DNA from: an uncultured Holophagales bacterium
GTDB taxonomy: Bacteria; Acidobacteriota; Thermoanaerobaculia; Multivoradales; UBA5704
Direction: 5' to 3'
Assembly (NCBI GenBank): GCA_963842525.1
Contig: CAWJGT010000014.1
Span: 128,001 to 192,000 of the forward strand
Length of the DNA stretch: 64,000 nucleotides
Part shown: positions 51,876-62,921 of the stretch, in pieces
Layout: every line of letters starts with the position of its first letter
Numbering within the stretch: position 1 is the stretch's first letter
Notes under the pieces: model-generated
The model's input: the letters and a program-made list of their open reading frames with translations, nothing else
What the model was told of the DNA's origin: nothing
Databases searched by the model: none
Position numbers and translations under genes: made by a program

Positions 51876-53240
51876 ATGAAAGCGCGAGTCCTCTACCCTG
51901 CCGCCGCAACCCTCCTGCTCGCCGCCGGGCTGCTCCTGCCCGGGATCTTCGCCCAGGAGCCCCCTGCCGAGCCGCCTCCGAGCCAGCCGCCGCAGCCACC
52001 GAATATCACGCTGGAGCTGCGGCCGGGGCAGCGTCCGCCGATCAAGCTCGGCATCCCGCCGTTCCGCGTCGCCGGCACCCTGCCGGGCGATGCCGCGCGG
52101 GCAGCCCGAGAGCTCGAGGAGGTGGTCCGCCAGGACCTCCGGAATTCGGGCTATTTCGACATCCAGGGGCCCGAGGCGTTCCGCTCGCTGCCTCTGACCG
52201 GCGACATCCAGCGCGACCTGGAGCTCTACCGCTCGGCCGGCAGCCAGATCCTGCTGCTCGGCGACCTGCGGGCCGAAGGGGACAAGGTCGTGTTCGAGGG
52301 CCGGCTGTTCGACCTGTCGGGCGGCCAGGCGATCCTCGCCAAACGCTACCGCGGCGCCTTGCCGGTGGCGCGCCGCATCGGCCACACCTTCGCCGACGAG
52401 GTGATCAACTACCTGACCGGCGCCCAGGGGATCTCCCTGTCGAGCCTCGCCTTCACCAGCGACCGCACCGGGCAGAAGGAGATCTTCGTCATGGACTACG
52501 ACGGGCAGAGCCAGCGGCGGATCACCGGCCACCGCTCGACCTCGATGTCGCCGTCCTGGGCGCCGAACGGCGATGCGCTCGCCTACACCTCGTTCTTCAA
52601 CGGCCCGCCGTCGATCTACCTCGCCGAGCTGGCGAGCGGCCGCAAGCGCCCCCTGGTCACCTCGGGCTCGCTCAACACCACGCCGACCTTCTCGCCCGAC
52701 GGCAGCCGCATCGCCTTCGCCCGCTCGGTTGACGGCAACGTCGAGATCTTCACCACCGACAGGAACGGCGGCGGCCTCCGCCGGCTGACCCACTCGAACG
52801 CCATCGACACCAATCCGGCCTGGAGCCCGAAAGGCGGCGAGATCGCCTTCACCTCCAGCCGGGCCGGCAACCCGCACATCTACCTGATGGATTCCGAGGG
52901 GACGAACCAGCGCCGGCTGACCCACGAGGGCACCTACAACGACGGCGCGGCGTGGAGCCCCTCGGGCGACCTGATCGCCTTCACGAGCCGGCGGGACGGC
53001 CGGTTCCAGATCGCCGTCGCCAACGTGGTCACCCTGGCGAGCCGGGTCCTGACCTCCGGGGCCGGCGAGAACGAGTCGCCGACCTTCTCGCCGGACGGCC
53101 GCAAGATCGCCTTCGTGTCGCGCCGCGGGGGCACGAAACAGATCTACGTCATCGACCTGGACGGCGGCAACGCCCGCCAGCTCACCTCCGACGGGAACAA
53201 CGACATGCCGGACTGGTCGCGGCTGGCAGCGGAACGCTAG
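51876..53240 (+). CDS. tolB: TolB
   Basis: Signal peptide, TolB_N domain and PD40 repeats (SPSW, PAWSPKG, PTFSPDG). Confidence 0.93.
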   Translation: MKARVLYPAAATLLLAAGLLLPGIFAQEPPAEPPPSQPPQPPNITLELRPGQRPPIKLGIPPFRVAGTLPGDAARAARELEEVVRQDLRNSGYFDIQGPEAFRSLPLTGDIQRDLELYRSAGSQILLLGDLRAEGDKVVFEGRLFDLSGGQAILAKRYRGALPVARRIGHTFADEVINYLTGAQGISLSSLAFTSDRTGQKEIFVMDYDGQSQRRITGHRSTSMSPSWAPNGDALAYTSFFNGPPSIYLAELASGRKRPLVTSGSLNTTPTFSPDGSRIAFARSVDGNVEIFTTDRNGGGLRRLTHSNAIDTNPAWSPKGGEIAFTSSRAGNPHIYLMDSEGTNQRRLTHEGTYNDGAAWSPSGDLIAFTSRRDGRFQIAVANVVTLASRVLTSGAGENESPTFSPDGRKIAFVSRRGGTKQIYVIDLDGGNARQLTSDGNNDMPDWSRLAAER

Positions 53241-53306
53241 CCATCTATGATAGATTGCAGCTTGAAGAGCCATTTGACACGTCGTATCGGATCGAGGAGA
53301 AAACGC

Positions 53307-53900
53307 ATGAACCGCAAGTGGATAGTCTGGATCGTGGTCCCGGTTCTGTTGACCTTTGTCTATGGGTGCCCCAAGAAGAAGCCGGCAACGACGCAGCCGG
53401 TACTGGACGTGGAGACGACGACGGTGACCCCGCCGCCGCCCACCGAAGAAGTGACGCAGCCGACGGCGCCGACGGCGCCGGTCGACGAGGTGGAGCAGGA
53501 CCTGCTGGCCTCGCAGGATCTGCAGATCGTCAACGAAGAGCTGCGGCGCCGCGGCTTCAGCCCGGACGTCTATTTCAATTACGACGAGGACTCGCTCTCC
53601 GACGACACGCGGGACAAGCTGGCGCGCAACGCCGACCTGCTGAAGAGCAGCCCCCAGCTCGCGATCCTCATCGAGGGGCACGCCGACGAGCGGGGCACCA
53701 ACGAGTACAACCTCGCCCTGGGCGACCGCCGGGCCAACGCCGTCCGCGACTACCTCAGCTCGCTGGGCGTCAATGCCGACCGGCTCCGCACCCTGAGCTA
53801 CGGCGAGGAGCGGCCGGTCTGCACGCAGACCGAGGAGAGCTGCTGGTCACAGAACCGTCGCGCCCACATGATCGTCACCGGACGGTCCAACGTCGGGTGA
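53307..53900 (+). CDS. pal: Peptidoglycan-associated lipoprotein
   Basis: Lipobox VYGC; IEGHADERGTNEYNLALGDRRA, SYGEERP, NRRA. Confidence 0.95.
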   Translation: MNRKWIVWIVVPVLLTFVYGCPKKKPATTQPVLDVETTTVTPPPPTEEVTQPTAPTAPVDEVEQDLLASQDLQIVNEELRRRGFSPDVYFNYDEDSLSDDTRDKLARNADLLKSSPQLAILIEGHADERGTNEYNLALGDRRANAVRDYLSSLGVNADRLRTLSYGEERPVCTQTEESCWSQNRRAHMIVTGRSNVG

Positions 53901-53905
53901 CGGCC

Positions 53906-54745
53906 ATGCGCAGGATGCTCAGAACACTCCCTCTGGCCGGATGCCTCGCGGCGGCGCTGATCGCCGCGGGGTGTGTCAGTCCCCAGGACATCGAGGGCAT
54001 CCAGTCGCAGCTCTCGGAGATCCAGCGGCAGATGCTCCAGCTCCAGAGGCAGTCCCCGAGCAAGCAGGAGGTGGAGAGCCTGGAGGCCAACTTCGGCCGC
54101 CAGATGGACTCGCTGCTCAAGACCGAAGCCGACATGCAGGTGAAGCTGCGGGAGCTCTCGAGCCAGATCGACGAGCTGCAGGCCAAGCTGGAAGACACCA
54201 ACTACCGGCTGGCCCAGCTCTCGCAGCAGATCGCCGTCACCAACCAGGAGCTCAAGAGCTTCCGCAGCATGCCGCCTCCCGCTGCGGTGCCCATGGATCC
54301 TTCCGCGGAGCCGCAGAGCCAGCCGCAGACGCCGTCCTCTCCTCCTTCGATCGGGGCGGTCGACCCGCAGGCGCTCTACAACGCCGCCTACAACGACTAC
54401 CTCAAGGGGAGCTACGACCTGGCCCTGCGGGCGTTTCAGGAGTACTTGAACAACTTCCCAGGGACCGACCTCGCCGACAACGCGACCTACTGGATCGGCG
54501 AGTGCTATTACCGGCAGAAGCGGTACCGCCAGGCCGCCGACCAGTTCCAGCAGGTGCTCTCCAAGTACCCGCGGAGCGACAAGTCGGCCAGCGCCCTGCT
54601 CAAGAAGGGGTATGCCTTCCTCGAGCTGGGCGACCGCCCGCAGGGAGTGACGCAGCTCCGGCAGGTGGTCCGCCAGTACCCGACCAGCGACGAGGCGAAC
54701 CTCGCCCGGCAGCGCTTGCGCGAGCTCGGGGTTGACGTCGGCTAG
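53906..54745 (+). CDS. cpoB: Tol-Pal protein CpoB/YbgF
   Basis: Coiled coil plus TPR (ADNATYWIGE, ALLKKG). Confidence 0.9.
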   Translation: MRRMLRTLPLAGCLAAALIAAGCVSPQDIEGIQSQLSEIQRQMLQLQRQSPSKQEVESLEANFGRQMDSLLKTEADMQVKLRELSSQIDELQAKLEDTNYRLAQLSQQIAVTNQELKSFRSMPPPAAVPMDPSAEPQSQPQTPSSPPSIGAVDPQALYNAAYNDYLKGSYDLALRAFQEYLNNFPGTDLADNATYWIGECYYRQKRYRQAADQFQQVLSKYPRSDKSASALLKKGYAFLELGDRPQGVTQLRQVVRQYPTSDEANLARQRLRELGVDVG

Positions 54746-54827
54746 CCCGGAGTGATATAAACCGCCGTCCCGTCGCACTGCGGTGCGACTTTCTCTTTTA
54801 AAGAGCACTTAGAGAGCACCGACGAAT

Positions 54828-55094
54828 ATGGCCAATACCAAGTCCGCCGAGAAGCGTCACCGCCAGAGCCTCGAGCAGCGGGAGCGCAACCGCGCCTCCC
54901 GTTCGCGCCTGCGCACCGCGATCAAGAAGCTCCGCACCGCCGTCGCCGGCGGGGATGCCGCCGCGGCGCAGCAACTCCTGCCCGAGACGCTGAGCGTCAT
55001 CGACAAGACCGCCCAGAAGGGCGTGATCCACGACAACGCCGCCGCGCGCTACAAGTCCCGCCTGGCCCACCAGGTCGCTTCGCTCCAGGGGTAA
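54828..55094 (+). CDS. rpsT: 30S ribosomal protein S20
   Basis: MANTKSAEKR..KGVIHDNAAARYKSRL. Confidence 0.97.
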   Translation: MANTKSAEKRHRQSLEQRERNRASRSRLRTAIKKLRTAVAGGDAAAAQQLLPETLSVIDKTAQKGVIHDNAAARYKSRLAHQVASLQG

Positions 55095-55139
55095 AGGGGC
55101 GGTCCCGCAGATCGATGCCGTAGGTAAGAAAACGCGGCA

Positions 55140-55266
55140 GGCCCGTTGGGAAACTCCGACGGCGCGTCGGAGTTTCCGGCAGCCCGTTGGAAAATTCCGG
55201 CGGGCCGTCGGAGTTTCCGGCAGCTCGTCGGAAAACGCGGCGGGCCGTTGGAATTTTCCGACGAGC
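55140..55266. repeat. Imperfect 20-21-bp tandem repeat (about 6 units)
   Basis: Units such as CGTTGGGAAACTCCGACGGCG and CGTCGGAGTTTCCGGCAGCC. Confidence 0.65.
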
Positions 55267-55884
55267 CACCCATCGAGCGCCGCAGGGCCCGGGAGCCCTT
55301 CGACAAAAACCGTCCGCGTCGAATTTGTCTCGCTACCACATTCTGGGGGAGGTGAAGAAGAGCATCCGGGAGGCCGACAATCTTTTGGGAGATTTATTAA
55401 GTTTTAGTCGTGGATCGAGCACTGCCGCAATTAGAGGCAATCCCCTGAAGAAGTGGAATGAGTTGCTCACCGCAAAGCCGCCAATACTTTGGATTGTCGG
55501 CCCTTCCGGCTACTCAAAGGTGATGACGGTTGCGTATCCGCCGCAGGGCATGGCAACCCTTGTCGACGAGATATCTGAGGTGCTCAAATTCAATGCAGCA
55601 GAACAGATGTAGAGGTTTCTTGGGTAGTCAACAGCCTGCTCGTTCATGGAGCTGCAGAAAGAGCACCCAGATAAATTGGTGCCGGCACCTTCGGCTGTCT
55701 CGGCGGCCTTGACCCAGGTTATGAAGAGGTGTAGAGTGCCGCTAAGCCGAAGAGGATAAGCATCTTGCACGCTCGACACCCTGGGACCGGCCGTGGAGTC
55801 AATCGGCAGGTTGTGTCGCATATGCCTGTCGACGAGGCCTCGGCGAATATGTGTGCTAGAGCTTAGTTCTACTTTGTCAGATTG

Positions 55885-56108
55885 AGCCCCTGGAGGGGGC
55901 GACGGCGTGTAGCCCAGGGCGTGAGCCCTGGGGAAGACGCCCGCCAACCCGACAAGCCCCGGCAGGGGCGACAGCGCGGGCGAGGGGCGCAAGCCCCGCA
56001 GGGCGTGGTGGAAGGTGCCGTCGCCCCGCTGGGGCTTGGGATTGAATTGGGGCCATAGACCCAGGGCTCACGCCCTGGGCTACACGCCGTCGCCCCCTCC
56101 GGGGGCTC
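55885..56108. repeat. REP-like inverted repeat, family C
   Basis: AGCCCCTGGAGGGGGCGACGGCGTGTAGCCCAGGGCGTGAGCCCTGGG and its inverted copy. Confidence 0.8.
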
Positions 56109-56184
56109 GGAACATCCTCTCTCCGGCAATCTGACAAAGTAGAATTAGCAGCGTCACCAAACCCTCCGCCATCCAACCCAACCA

Positions 56185-56865
56185 ATGGAAAAACACACCA
56201 CACGACTCTGGGCCGTCGCGCTCGCACTGGCAGTTTGCTGGTGGCTTACCACTGGATGCCATACTGCTTCTCTTCAGCCCTCGGAGACGGTCGCGGATTC
56301 CATCAGTGGGTTTTCCGGCGAACAGGGAGCCAACGGTTGGTCATACGGATATTGGGACCGCACCGCCGATACCGACCAGAGCTATAGCCAGACAACAGAC
56401 TTTCAGTTGCTCAGGCACTTTGGCAACGACCCGATCAATCAAGTGAGCAATCACCCTGACTTCACCACTGGCAAACTGTGGACTCTACAGGACGGCCTCT
56501 ACTATACGGCCCTCTGGGCAGAGGGCGGCAGCGCCAACGGCACTACGATGGGGGCGCCACAGGCCAAGGTCGAGCACTGGGCGGTACGTCGCTGGGTCAG
56601 CACGGTCAATGGCCCCGTCACCATCAGCGGGCACGCTGCCAAGATCCTGAATTGGGGAGATGTAGATAGTGGCCAGGCGCGCATTGTCGTGGACGGTGCG
56701 ACGGTATTTTCCGCCGCCACCCACGGGCGCAGCACGAATTATTCAGTCAACGCCACGGTCCACATCGGCTCGCTGGTCGATTTCCTCATTACTGCAGGCC
56801 CGACCGAGACCGGCGGGGCATTCGGTCCTGTCAAGCTCACCGCCACCATACGAACCGCCCCATGA
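56185..56865 (+). CDS. Secreted/lipoprotein beta-sandwich hypothetical protein
   Basis: Signal peptide; FSGEQGANGWSYGY, AVRRWVS. Confidence 0.6.
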   Translation: MEKHTTRLWAVALALAVCWWLTTGCHTASLQPSETVADSISGFSGEQGANGWSYGYWDRTADTDQSYSQTTDFQLLRHFGNDPINQVSNHPDFTTGKLWTLQDGLYYTALWAEGGSANGTTMGAPQAKVEHWAVRRWVSTVNGPVTISGHAAKILNWGDVDSGQARIVVDGATVFSAATHGRSTNYSVNATVHIGSLVDFLITAGPTETGGAFGPVKLTATIRTAP

Positions 56866-57169
56866 CGCCACCACGGCGATGACGACACCAACGGGACTCC
56901 TCAGCTTCTTCCTCCGCGAGATCGACGCTGAGGAACAACGCAACTTCCCCCGACTGTCGCGCATCCCGGATTCACACGTCGAGAGGCAACTGGCATACTA
57001 CCGCTCGCTACTGCGTGGCGCTGCCGGATCGCATTCGGGCAGAACCGCATAACTGGGAGAGGAAGATCGGGACCATGCCGCGGACGAGCGCGAATGCCCG
57101 AGCCACATCCTCCGAGCCACATCCTTCTTGGCATCTGCGTATACTCTAGCGCGTCTGGAGGAGCATTCG

Positions 57170-57814
57170 ATGCTCAGAGCCCTTGCTGCCTTCGTGTGCG
57201 CTACGGCATGCCTGCTGCCGGCTCCGGCCGCGCAGGCGCAATCGCCAACGCCGCCGCAGATCCGCTTCGAGCCTCAGGCGGTGGTGGCCGAAGGGATCTC
57301 GCCCGGCAACAAGGTCGTCTTCTTCAGCGTCGCCCGGGAAGTCGCCGGCTATGCCACGACGACGGTACATCGCCAGGACGTCCTCTCCGATGCGGAGGGT
57401 ACCGGCATCGTGCGCTTCGAGCTCGACCGCGAAGTGCCTTTCAAATCGGTCTGGTTCGCCGTGGACCTGGACACCGGGCGGTTTGCCGTGGCGGCGCCGG
57501 AAGGCTTTCCGTTGCGCGAGGTGCCCTTCCCGGCTCGGTCCATCCCATCCGCGCTCAACCGGCTCGAGCTCGAACATCCGCTGGTCGAGATCGTGCTCGT
57601 GCGGCCGACCGTGGGGGCCTGGGCGGCGCGGGTTGGCGACGGCGGCGCCTTGGATGACGACGGCCAGGCCGATGGCACGCTCCGGGCCGCCCTTTCGGCC
57701 CTCACGCCCCTCGGCGAGAGCCCGCCTCCGCCCGAACGGCTGAGGCCGAACGATGTCCTGCTGGTCATTGATCCGCAGACCTTGACCTATCTGACCGCGC
57801 GGCTGCCGAGCTGA
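57170..57814 (+). CDS. Secreted hypothetical protein upstream of RHS gene
   Basis: RBS GGAGGAG, signal peptide ending AQA. Confidence 0.65.
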   Translation: MLRALAAFVCATACLLPAPAAQAQSPTPPQIRFEPQAVVAEGISPGNKVVFFSVAREVAGYATTTVHRQDVLSDAEGTGIVRFELDREVPFKSVWFAVDLDTGRFAVAAPEGFPLREVPFPARSIPSALNRLELEHPLVEIVLVRPTVGAWAARVGDGGALDDDGQADGTLRAALSALTPLGESPPPPERLRPNDVLLVIDPQTLTYLTARLPS

Positions 57815-57818
57815 GGAG

Positions 57819-60800
57819 ATGGATCTGGTGAGCCGGCACTGCTCCCTGGTTCCTGCCGCCCTGGCTTTCGTCCTTGCCGGGGCGCCGCTCCTGGCGGACA
57901 CCTATCCCACACAGCAGCGCGGCTTCGCGCCGGACAAGGTCTTCCAGGTCGGTGACATCGACAATGTCAATGTCTTCAACGGCAACCTGGTGGTGACGCT
58001 CCCTCTCGGCGGCAGCTATCCGGTGGGTGGCGGGCTCTCCTACAACCTGACGCTCGTCTACAACAGCACGGCCTGGGACTATGAATCCGTCGTCTGGGGC
58101 AACGAGGCCCTGACTCAGGCCCTGCCGGACCGGCGGTCCAATGCCGGGCTCGGCTGGCGGCTAGCGCTCGGCGAGCTCCTTGCGCCGGCCGACCCTTCCA
58201 ACGAGTGCGGCCCCTGGTGCTATATCGGCTCCGACGGTGGCGAGCACATTTTCTATCCGACCCTTCACGAAGGAGATGCGGACGATCCCGGAGATTCGGG
58301 GTTGGCCAACCAGAGCGTCACGTACACCCGGGATGGCAGCTACTTGCGGCAAAAGGTGGTCAGCGGCGGCCGCGAGGTGGAATTCCCCGATGGGACCATC
58401 CATCGCTTCAATCTGCTTGGCAAGCTGACCCAGATCAGGGATCGTTTCAATGATTCTCTCAACGTCGACCAGAGCGGCAATCCCTGGGTGCTGACCGATC
58501 AACACCAGCGCACCCACCGGATCACCTTCACCTCCGACCTTTCGGGGACCTACCCCGCGCTGGTGAGCCAGATCGATCTCCAGGCCTTCGGCGGTGCCCG
58601 GGCCATCACCACCTTGCAGTACAGCTATGCGAGCCTGCCGCGGCCTTGCCCGGACAACGATCCGGCGACCTCGGTCAACGTGACCGTGCCGCTGCTGACC
58701 GGCATCACCATGCCGGAGGGGCTGTCCTATGCCATGCCCCTCTCGGACCACTACCTGGATCAGAGCATCCACTGCCGTCTCCCCGGCGTCCTGAAAGGGC
58801 TCCGGCTGCCCACCTTGGGCCGCATCGAGTGGACCTTCGGCCAGTACAGCTTCCCGAGCGAAGATGCGGTGCGCGGCTGGCGCAGCGCCAACGTGGGAGT
58901 GTTCACACGCACGTTGCGCGACGCCAACGGCACGGCTCTCGGCACCTGGACCTACACACCGGCGCTCAATCCGGGCGGCTTCAATGAAGAGCCTTTAGAA
59001 GCGATCCGCACCGTCAAGACACCGCTCGGCGACAAAACCGAGCATTACTTCTCGGTGTCGCTGGAGAGCTCCTTGACCGGCTGGAGCCGGTTGGACTTCG
59101 GCCTGCCGTTTTCGCGTTTCGAGTCGGCCGGAGGATCGCCCGAGCGCTTCCGTTCGAACGAAGGTCTACGACTGTAATAGCGCGGGCAACAACTGCGTGC
59201 TGAAGCGCACGGCCTATGTGGCCTATGAGCGCGACGCCGTGGCGGCCATGGGATCTTCCCTGCAGGACGACAACAACCGCAACCGGCGCCTGGCAGCCTC
59301 CCGCATCGTCTATCATGATGATGGAGACCTCTTTGCGGACGAAGACCTGTCGAATTTCGACGGTCTGGGCCACTACCGGCAGCAGCAGACCGGCGGCAAC
59401 TTCCCGGGCAGCAACGTGCGCACGAGCTTCACCAACTTCAATCCTTCCCCGATGTCGGCGAGCTCGCCCTGGCTGCTCAACACTTTTTCCTTCGACTGGG
59501 AGTCCGAAGGCGGTACTACGATCTATCGCTTTTATTGCTGGGATGCCACGACCGGCGCGCTGCTGCGCAAGCGCGTGCATCAGGCCAACAGCTCCGGCGA
59601 GGGGACCAGCGACGTCGTCGAGGTCTACGGCTACACCTCCGGCAACCTGACCAGCGAATCCTGGTACGGCGGCGACACCCAGGCGGTGAACCTTTCGGGC
59701 ACCAATTTCTGCACCATGGCGCTGCCGGCCACACCGGCCTACCAGATCAATCACACCTATGCTTTTGGGGCACGCGCAACATCCCAGTATGCCGGAACGG
59801 CGTTCAAGACTCTGGATCTGGCCGTCGACGCCAGCACGGGACTGGCAAGGGAGAGCCGGGACACGGCGGGGCTCACGACCACCTACGATTACGATCTCCT
59901 TAGCCGGCTGTTGAGCGTCGATCCGACCGACGATGCAATGACCACCTACACCTGGCGCGTGCCGGTAAACGCAAGCACCCTGGCGCGGGTGACCATTGCA
60001 CGGGTGACCGCGCCGGGAGCCACGGCGCTCGCCGAAAGCCGCATCGATTTCGACGGCCTGGGCCGGCCGGTCAAAGAAGAAAAGCGCATGCCCGACGACT
60101 CCTGGTCGACCCGCACGACCGCCTACAATGCGATGGGCTGGAAGACCTATGTCTCCGAAGCGGGAACGAGCTTTGGCACCGAGTTTCTCAACCACGACCC
60201 GTTCGGCCGGCCGACGGTGATCCGGCCGGCTGACGGTGCGTCACACGAGATCTCGATCAGCTATCAAGGGGTGCGCCACCGCTCGCAGACCACCAAGGTC
60301 GCCACGAGCACAACGTCCGAAACCCCCTCCACGACCCACGAGTCCTACGACCGCCACGGCCGTCTCTACGAAGTGCTCGAGCCCACGGGAGTGACGACCC
60401 GTTACGAATACGACGCCGGCAACCGCCTCTCCAAGGTTTGCCAGGGCTGGACGCCGACCGCCTGCGGCCAGACGCGGCTTTTCACCTATGACAACCGCTA
60501 TCCTGGTGACAGTGATCGTCACTTCGCACTGGATCATCTCGGCACGCCGCGCCTGGTGACCGGTTCCGGGGGAGGTGGCGGTTTCTACACGCTGCCACCC
60601 TGCCGCCTGCTCGACACCCGCAATCAGTCGGCCCCGCTCAGCGCGGGCGAGACGCGAACGGTGCCCATGGCGGGCTCGTGCGGCATCCCGAGCGGCTCCT
60701 CCGCGGTTTCGGTCAACATCACCGTGGTCGACGCCTCGGCGCAGGGGGAAATGACCGCCTTTCCGGCCAACGCCTCCCGGCCAACGGCCTCAGCGATCTC

Positions 60801-61734
60801 GTATCGATCGGTTCTCGCCCGGGCCAACAATGCCATCCTGAAACTGGGAAACGGCGCCCTCGCGTTCTTCTGCAATCAACCCTCGGGCAGCGCTCACCTG
60901 ATCATCGACGTCAACGGCTATTTCATGGAAGGTGGAGCCACTGTCGTTGCCTACCACGCCTACTATCCCTTCGGGGAAGAGCTCACCTCACCGACGCAGG
61001 ATGTTGAGAGTAGGAAGTTCACTGGCCACGAAAGGGATTTCGCCAATCCGACTAGCGTGGCTGATGACTTGGATTACATGCACCAGCGATTCTGCTCACC
61101 TCTTACAGGGCGTTTCCTCAGCACCGACCTCGCAGAAGGGAAGCCAAAAAGTCCACAGAGCTGGAACCGCTACGCCTACGCGTTGGGCAATCCACTGAAG
61201 TACATCGATCCAGATGGCATGGCTGCTGCCTGTCCCAAAGAAGGCTGTCCTGACTGGCTTACGCCTACAACCTTCTGGCAGAAACTAAAGAAGGGCCTTC
61301 ACGAGGCTTCATTTTTGCCCGGACCATCGGCGATGGCAGTTGGGCCGCGAGTGGCTGGTCCTCTCCTCTCACGGGTCGGCCAGTTGTTCTCGCGAGCCTT
61401 TGGTTTCGGTTCGGCAGTCTCCGAAGGGTCCGTACTCGGACGTAGCGTGGTTACTCGTGACACGCTCTCGCACGCGCTTCAGGCCAACAAGATTAATCAT
61501 ATATTCGGCCGTGCTGAACATGGCTTGACTAGCCTCGTCGAAAGGTTTGGAAGCCAAGAGGGAGTGACTCGTGAAGTCGTTGGAGCCTTGAGTAAACTTG
61601 GTGCCATCGCTTTAGATAGCAAGGGATTGTTCTCGGCAGTCGTCAAGATAGGCGATCAAACCGTGAAGGTTGAAGGTGCCATCGTTAACGGTGTCTTGAA
61701 GATAGGGACCTTCTATGTGCCACTGACGCTCTAG
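57819..61734 (+). CDS. Secreted RHS/YD-repeat polymorphic toxin (frameshift near 59162)
   Basis: Signal peptide, VNVFNGNL, YD repeats, DHLGTPR, YYPFGE, KFTGHERD, WNRYAYALGNPLKYIDPDG, then a lower-GC C-terminal domain. Confidence 0.88.
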
Positions 61735-61736
61735 TT

Positions 61737-62375
61737 GTGGAGTTTCCAATGACTGGCCATGCTACTCCCGAAGTGCTAACTAAGATTGCTGAGCTTGAAA
61801 GCCAGCTTCGCGCGAGAAGAAGCTCGCCACAAGAAGATTTGGAGCTCGCACTCTACTACCTTGAACCATGCCATTCTGGTACTCAAGCTATGGAGCTCCT
61901 GCGAAACCTCGTTCGAGAACCAGAAGAACCCACGGCGCGTGTTTGGCTGGCTTACTGTGCCTTGCATTACACTATGGACCTTGAGTCACTAAAGCTTGCC
62001 AGGGCTCTCCTCCAGGAACGCATTGGTTCAAATGGACCTGTTGGGGCTGCAGCCTCGCTGCTCTTGCCCCAAGTGGAAAGGGAACTTGGAGTTGCTTCGC
62101 TGTCTCGAGAGATCGAACTGCTTGCGTGCTCGATCCGCCTTTGTCCTGATTGGGTCTTTAATCACCATTTACTAGCCTTGGCTTACGCGGCTGCCGGCAG
62201 GCGGGCCGAGGCCTTGGAACATCTCGAGAGGGCCACTTGCAACGTGGTTCCCCTGGATTCGGCATGGAGCCACGTGGAGAGGGAGTTCGAGATAGCGATT
62301 ACAGGTCGCGCTTCATATGGAGTGAAACAGCGCCTTGAGCAAGACCTTGAGAAGCTACGTACTGCCGCTTCGTAA
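61737..62375 (+). CDS. Probable immunity protein (TPR-like)
   Basis: Directly follows the toxin C-terminus and shares its lower GC; helical repeats. Confidence 0.65.
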   Translation: MEFPMTGHATPEVLTKIAELESQLRARRSSPQEDLELALYYLEPCHSGTQAMELLRNLVREPEEPTARVWLAYCALHYTMDLESLKLARALLQERIGSNGPVGAAASLLLPQVERELGVASLSREIELLACSIRLCPDWVFNHHLLALAYAAAGRRAEALEHLERATCNVVPLDSAWSHVEREFEIAITGRASYGVKQRLEQDLEKLRTAAS

Positions 62376-62393
62376 AGCGACGCGTTCTGCAGC

Positions 62394-62921
62394 CTAGAAC
62401 CCTTCCAGCAGGTCGCTGACCATGGTCTCGGCGAAACGCTCGGCTGCGCGCTCGATCGCTTCGTCCTCTTGGTCGACGTAGCCCGCGCCGGTGGCGTTGA
62501 TCGGATAGGTCTCGCGGAAGGTGTAGTTGTCGTTGCTCCAGATCACCTGGTCGGTGCCCAGGCGTTTGAAGGCGATCTGGGCGGTGATCGCGATCTCGTA
62601 CTCCGTGGCACGCCCGGTGGGGTCGAAGGTCACCGGCGTGGCGCCGAAGCCGACCACGGCTCCGGAGAGCTCGGCATCCGCGCCTTCGGGGCCGGCGACG
62701 ACCGCGAAACGCTGGCGCGTCACCATCTCGTCCGCGATCGCCCGCGTCAGGGCCTGCTCGACCTGGGCTCGCGGGGTGCGGTTGTCCAGCGGGCGGATGT
62801 AGACCTCCCGGATCTCGGCCGGGATGTTGCTCCCCCGTCCCACCAGGGCGTATCCGCAGCCTCCCAGCGAAAGAGAGAGCGCAAGGAGAAGGGTGAGGGT
62901 CGAAATGCGTCGCCAGATCAT
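62394..62921 (-). CDS. lptE: LptE-like lipoprotein
   Basis: Lipobox GGCGY; immediately downstream of leuS. Confidence 0.75.
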   Translation of the reverse strand: MIWRRISTLTLLLALSLSLGGCGYALVGRGSNIPAEIREVYIRPLDNRTPRAQVEQALTRAIADEMVTRQRFAVVAGPEGADAELSGAVVGFGATPVTFDPTGRATEYEIAITAQIAFKRLGTDQVIWSNDNYTFRETYPINATGAGYVDQEDEAIERAAERFAETMVSDLLEGF

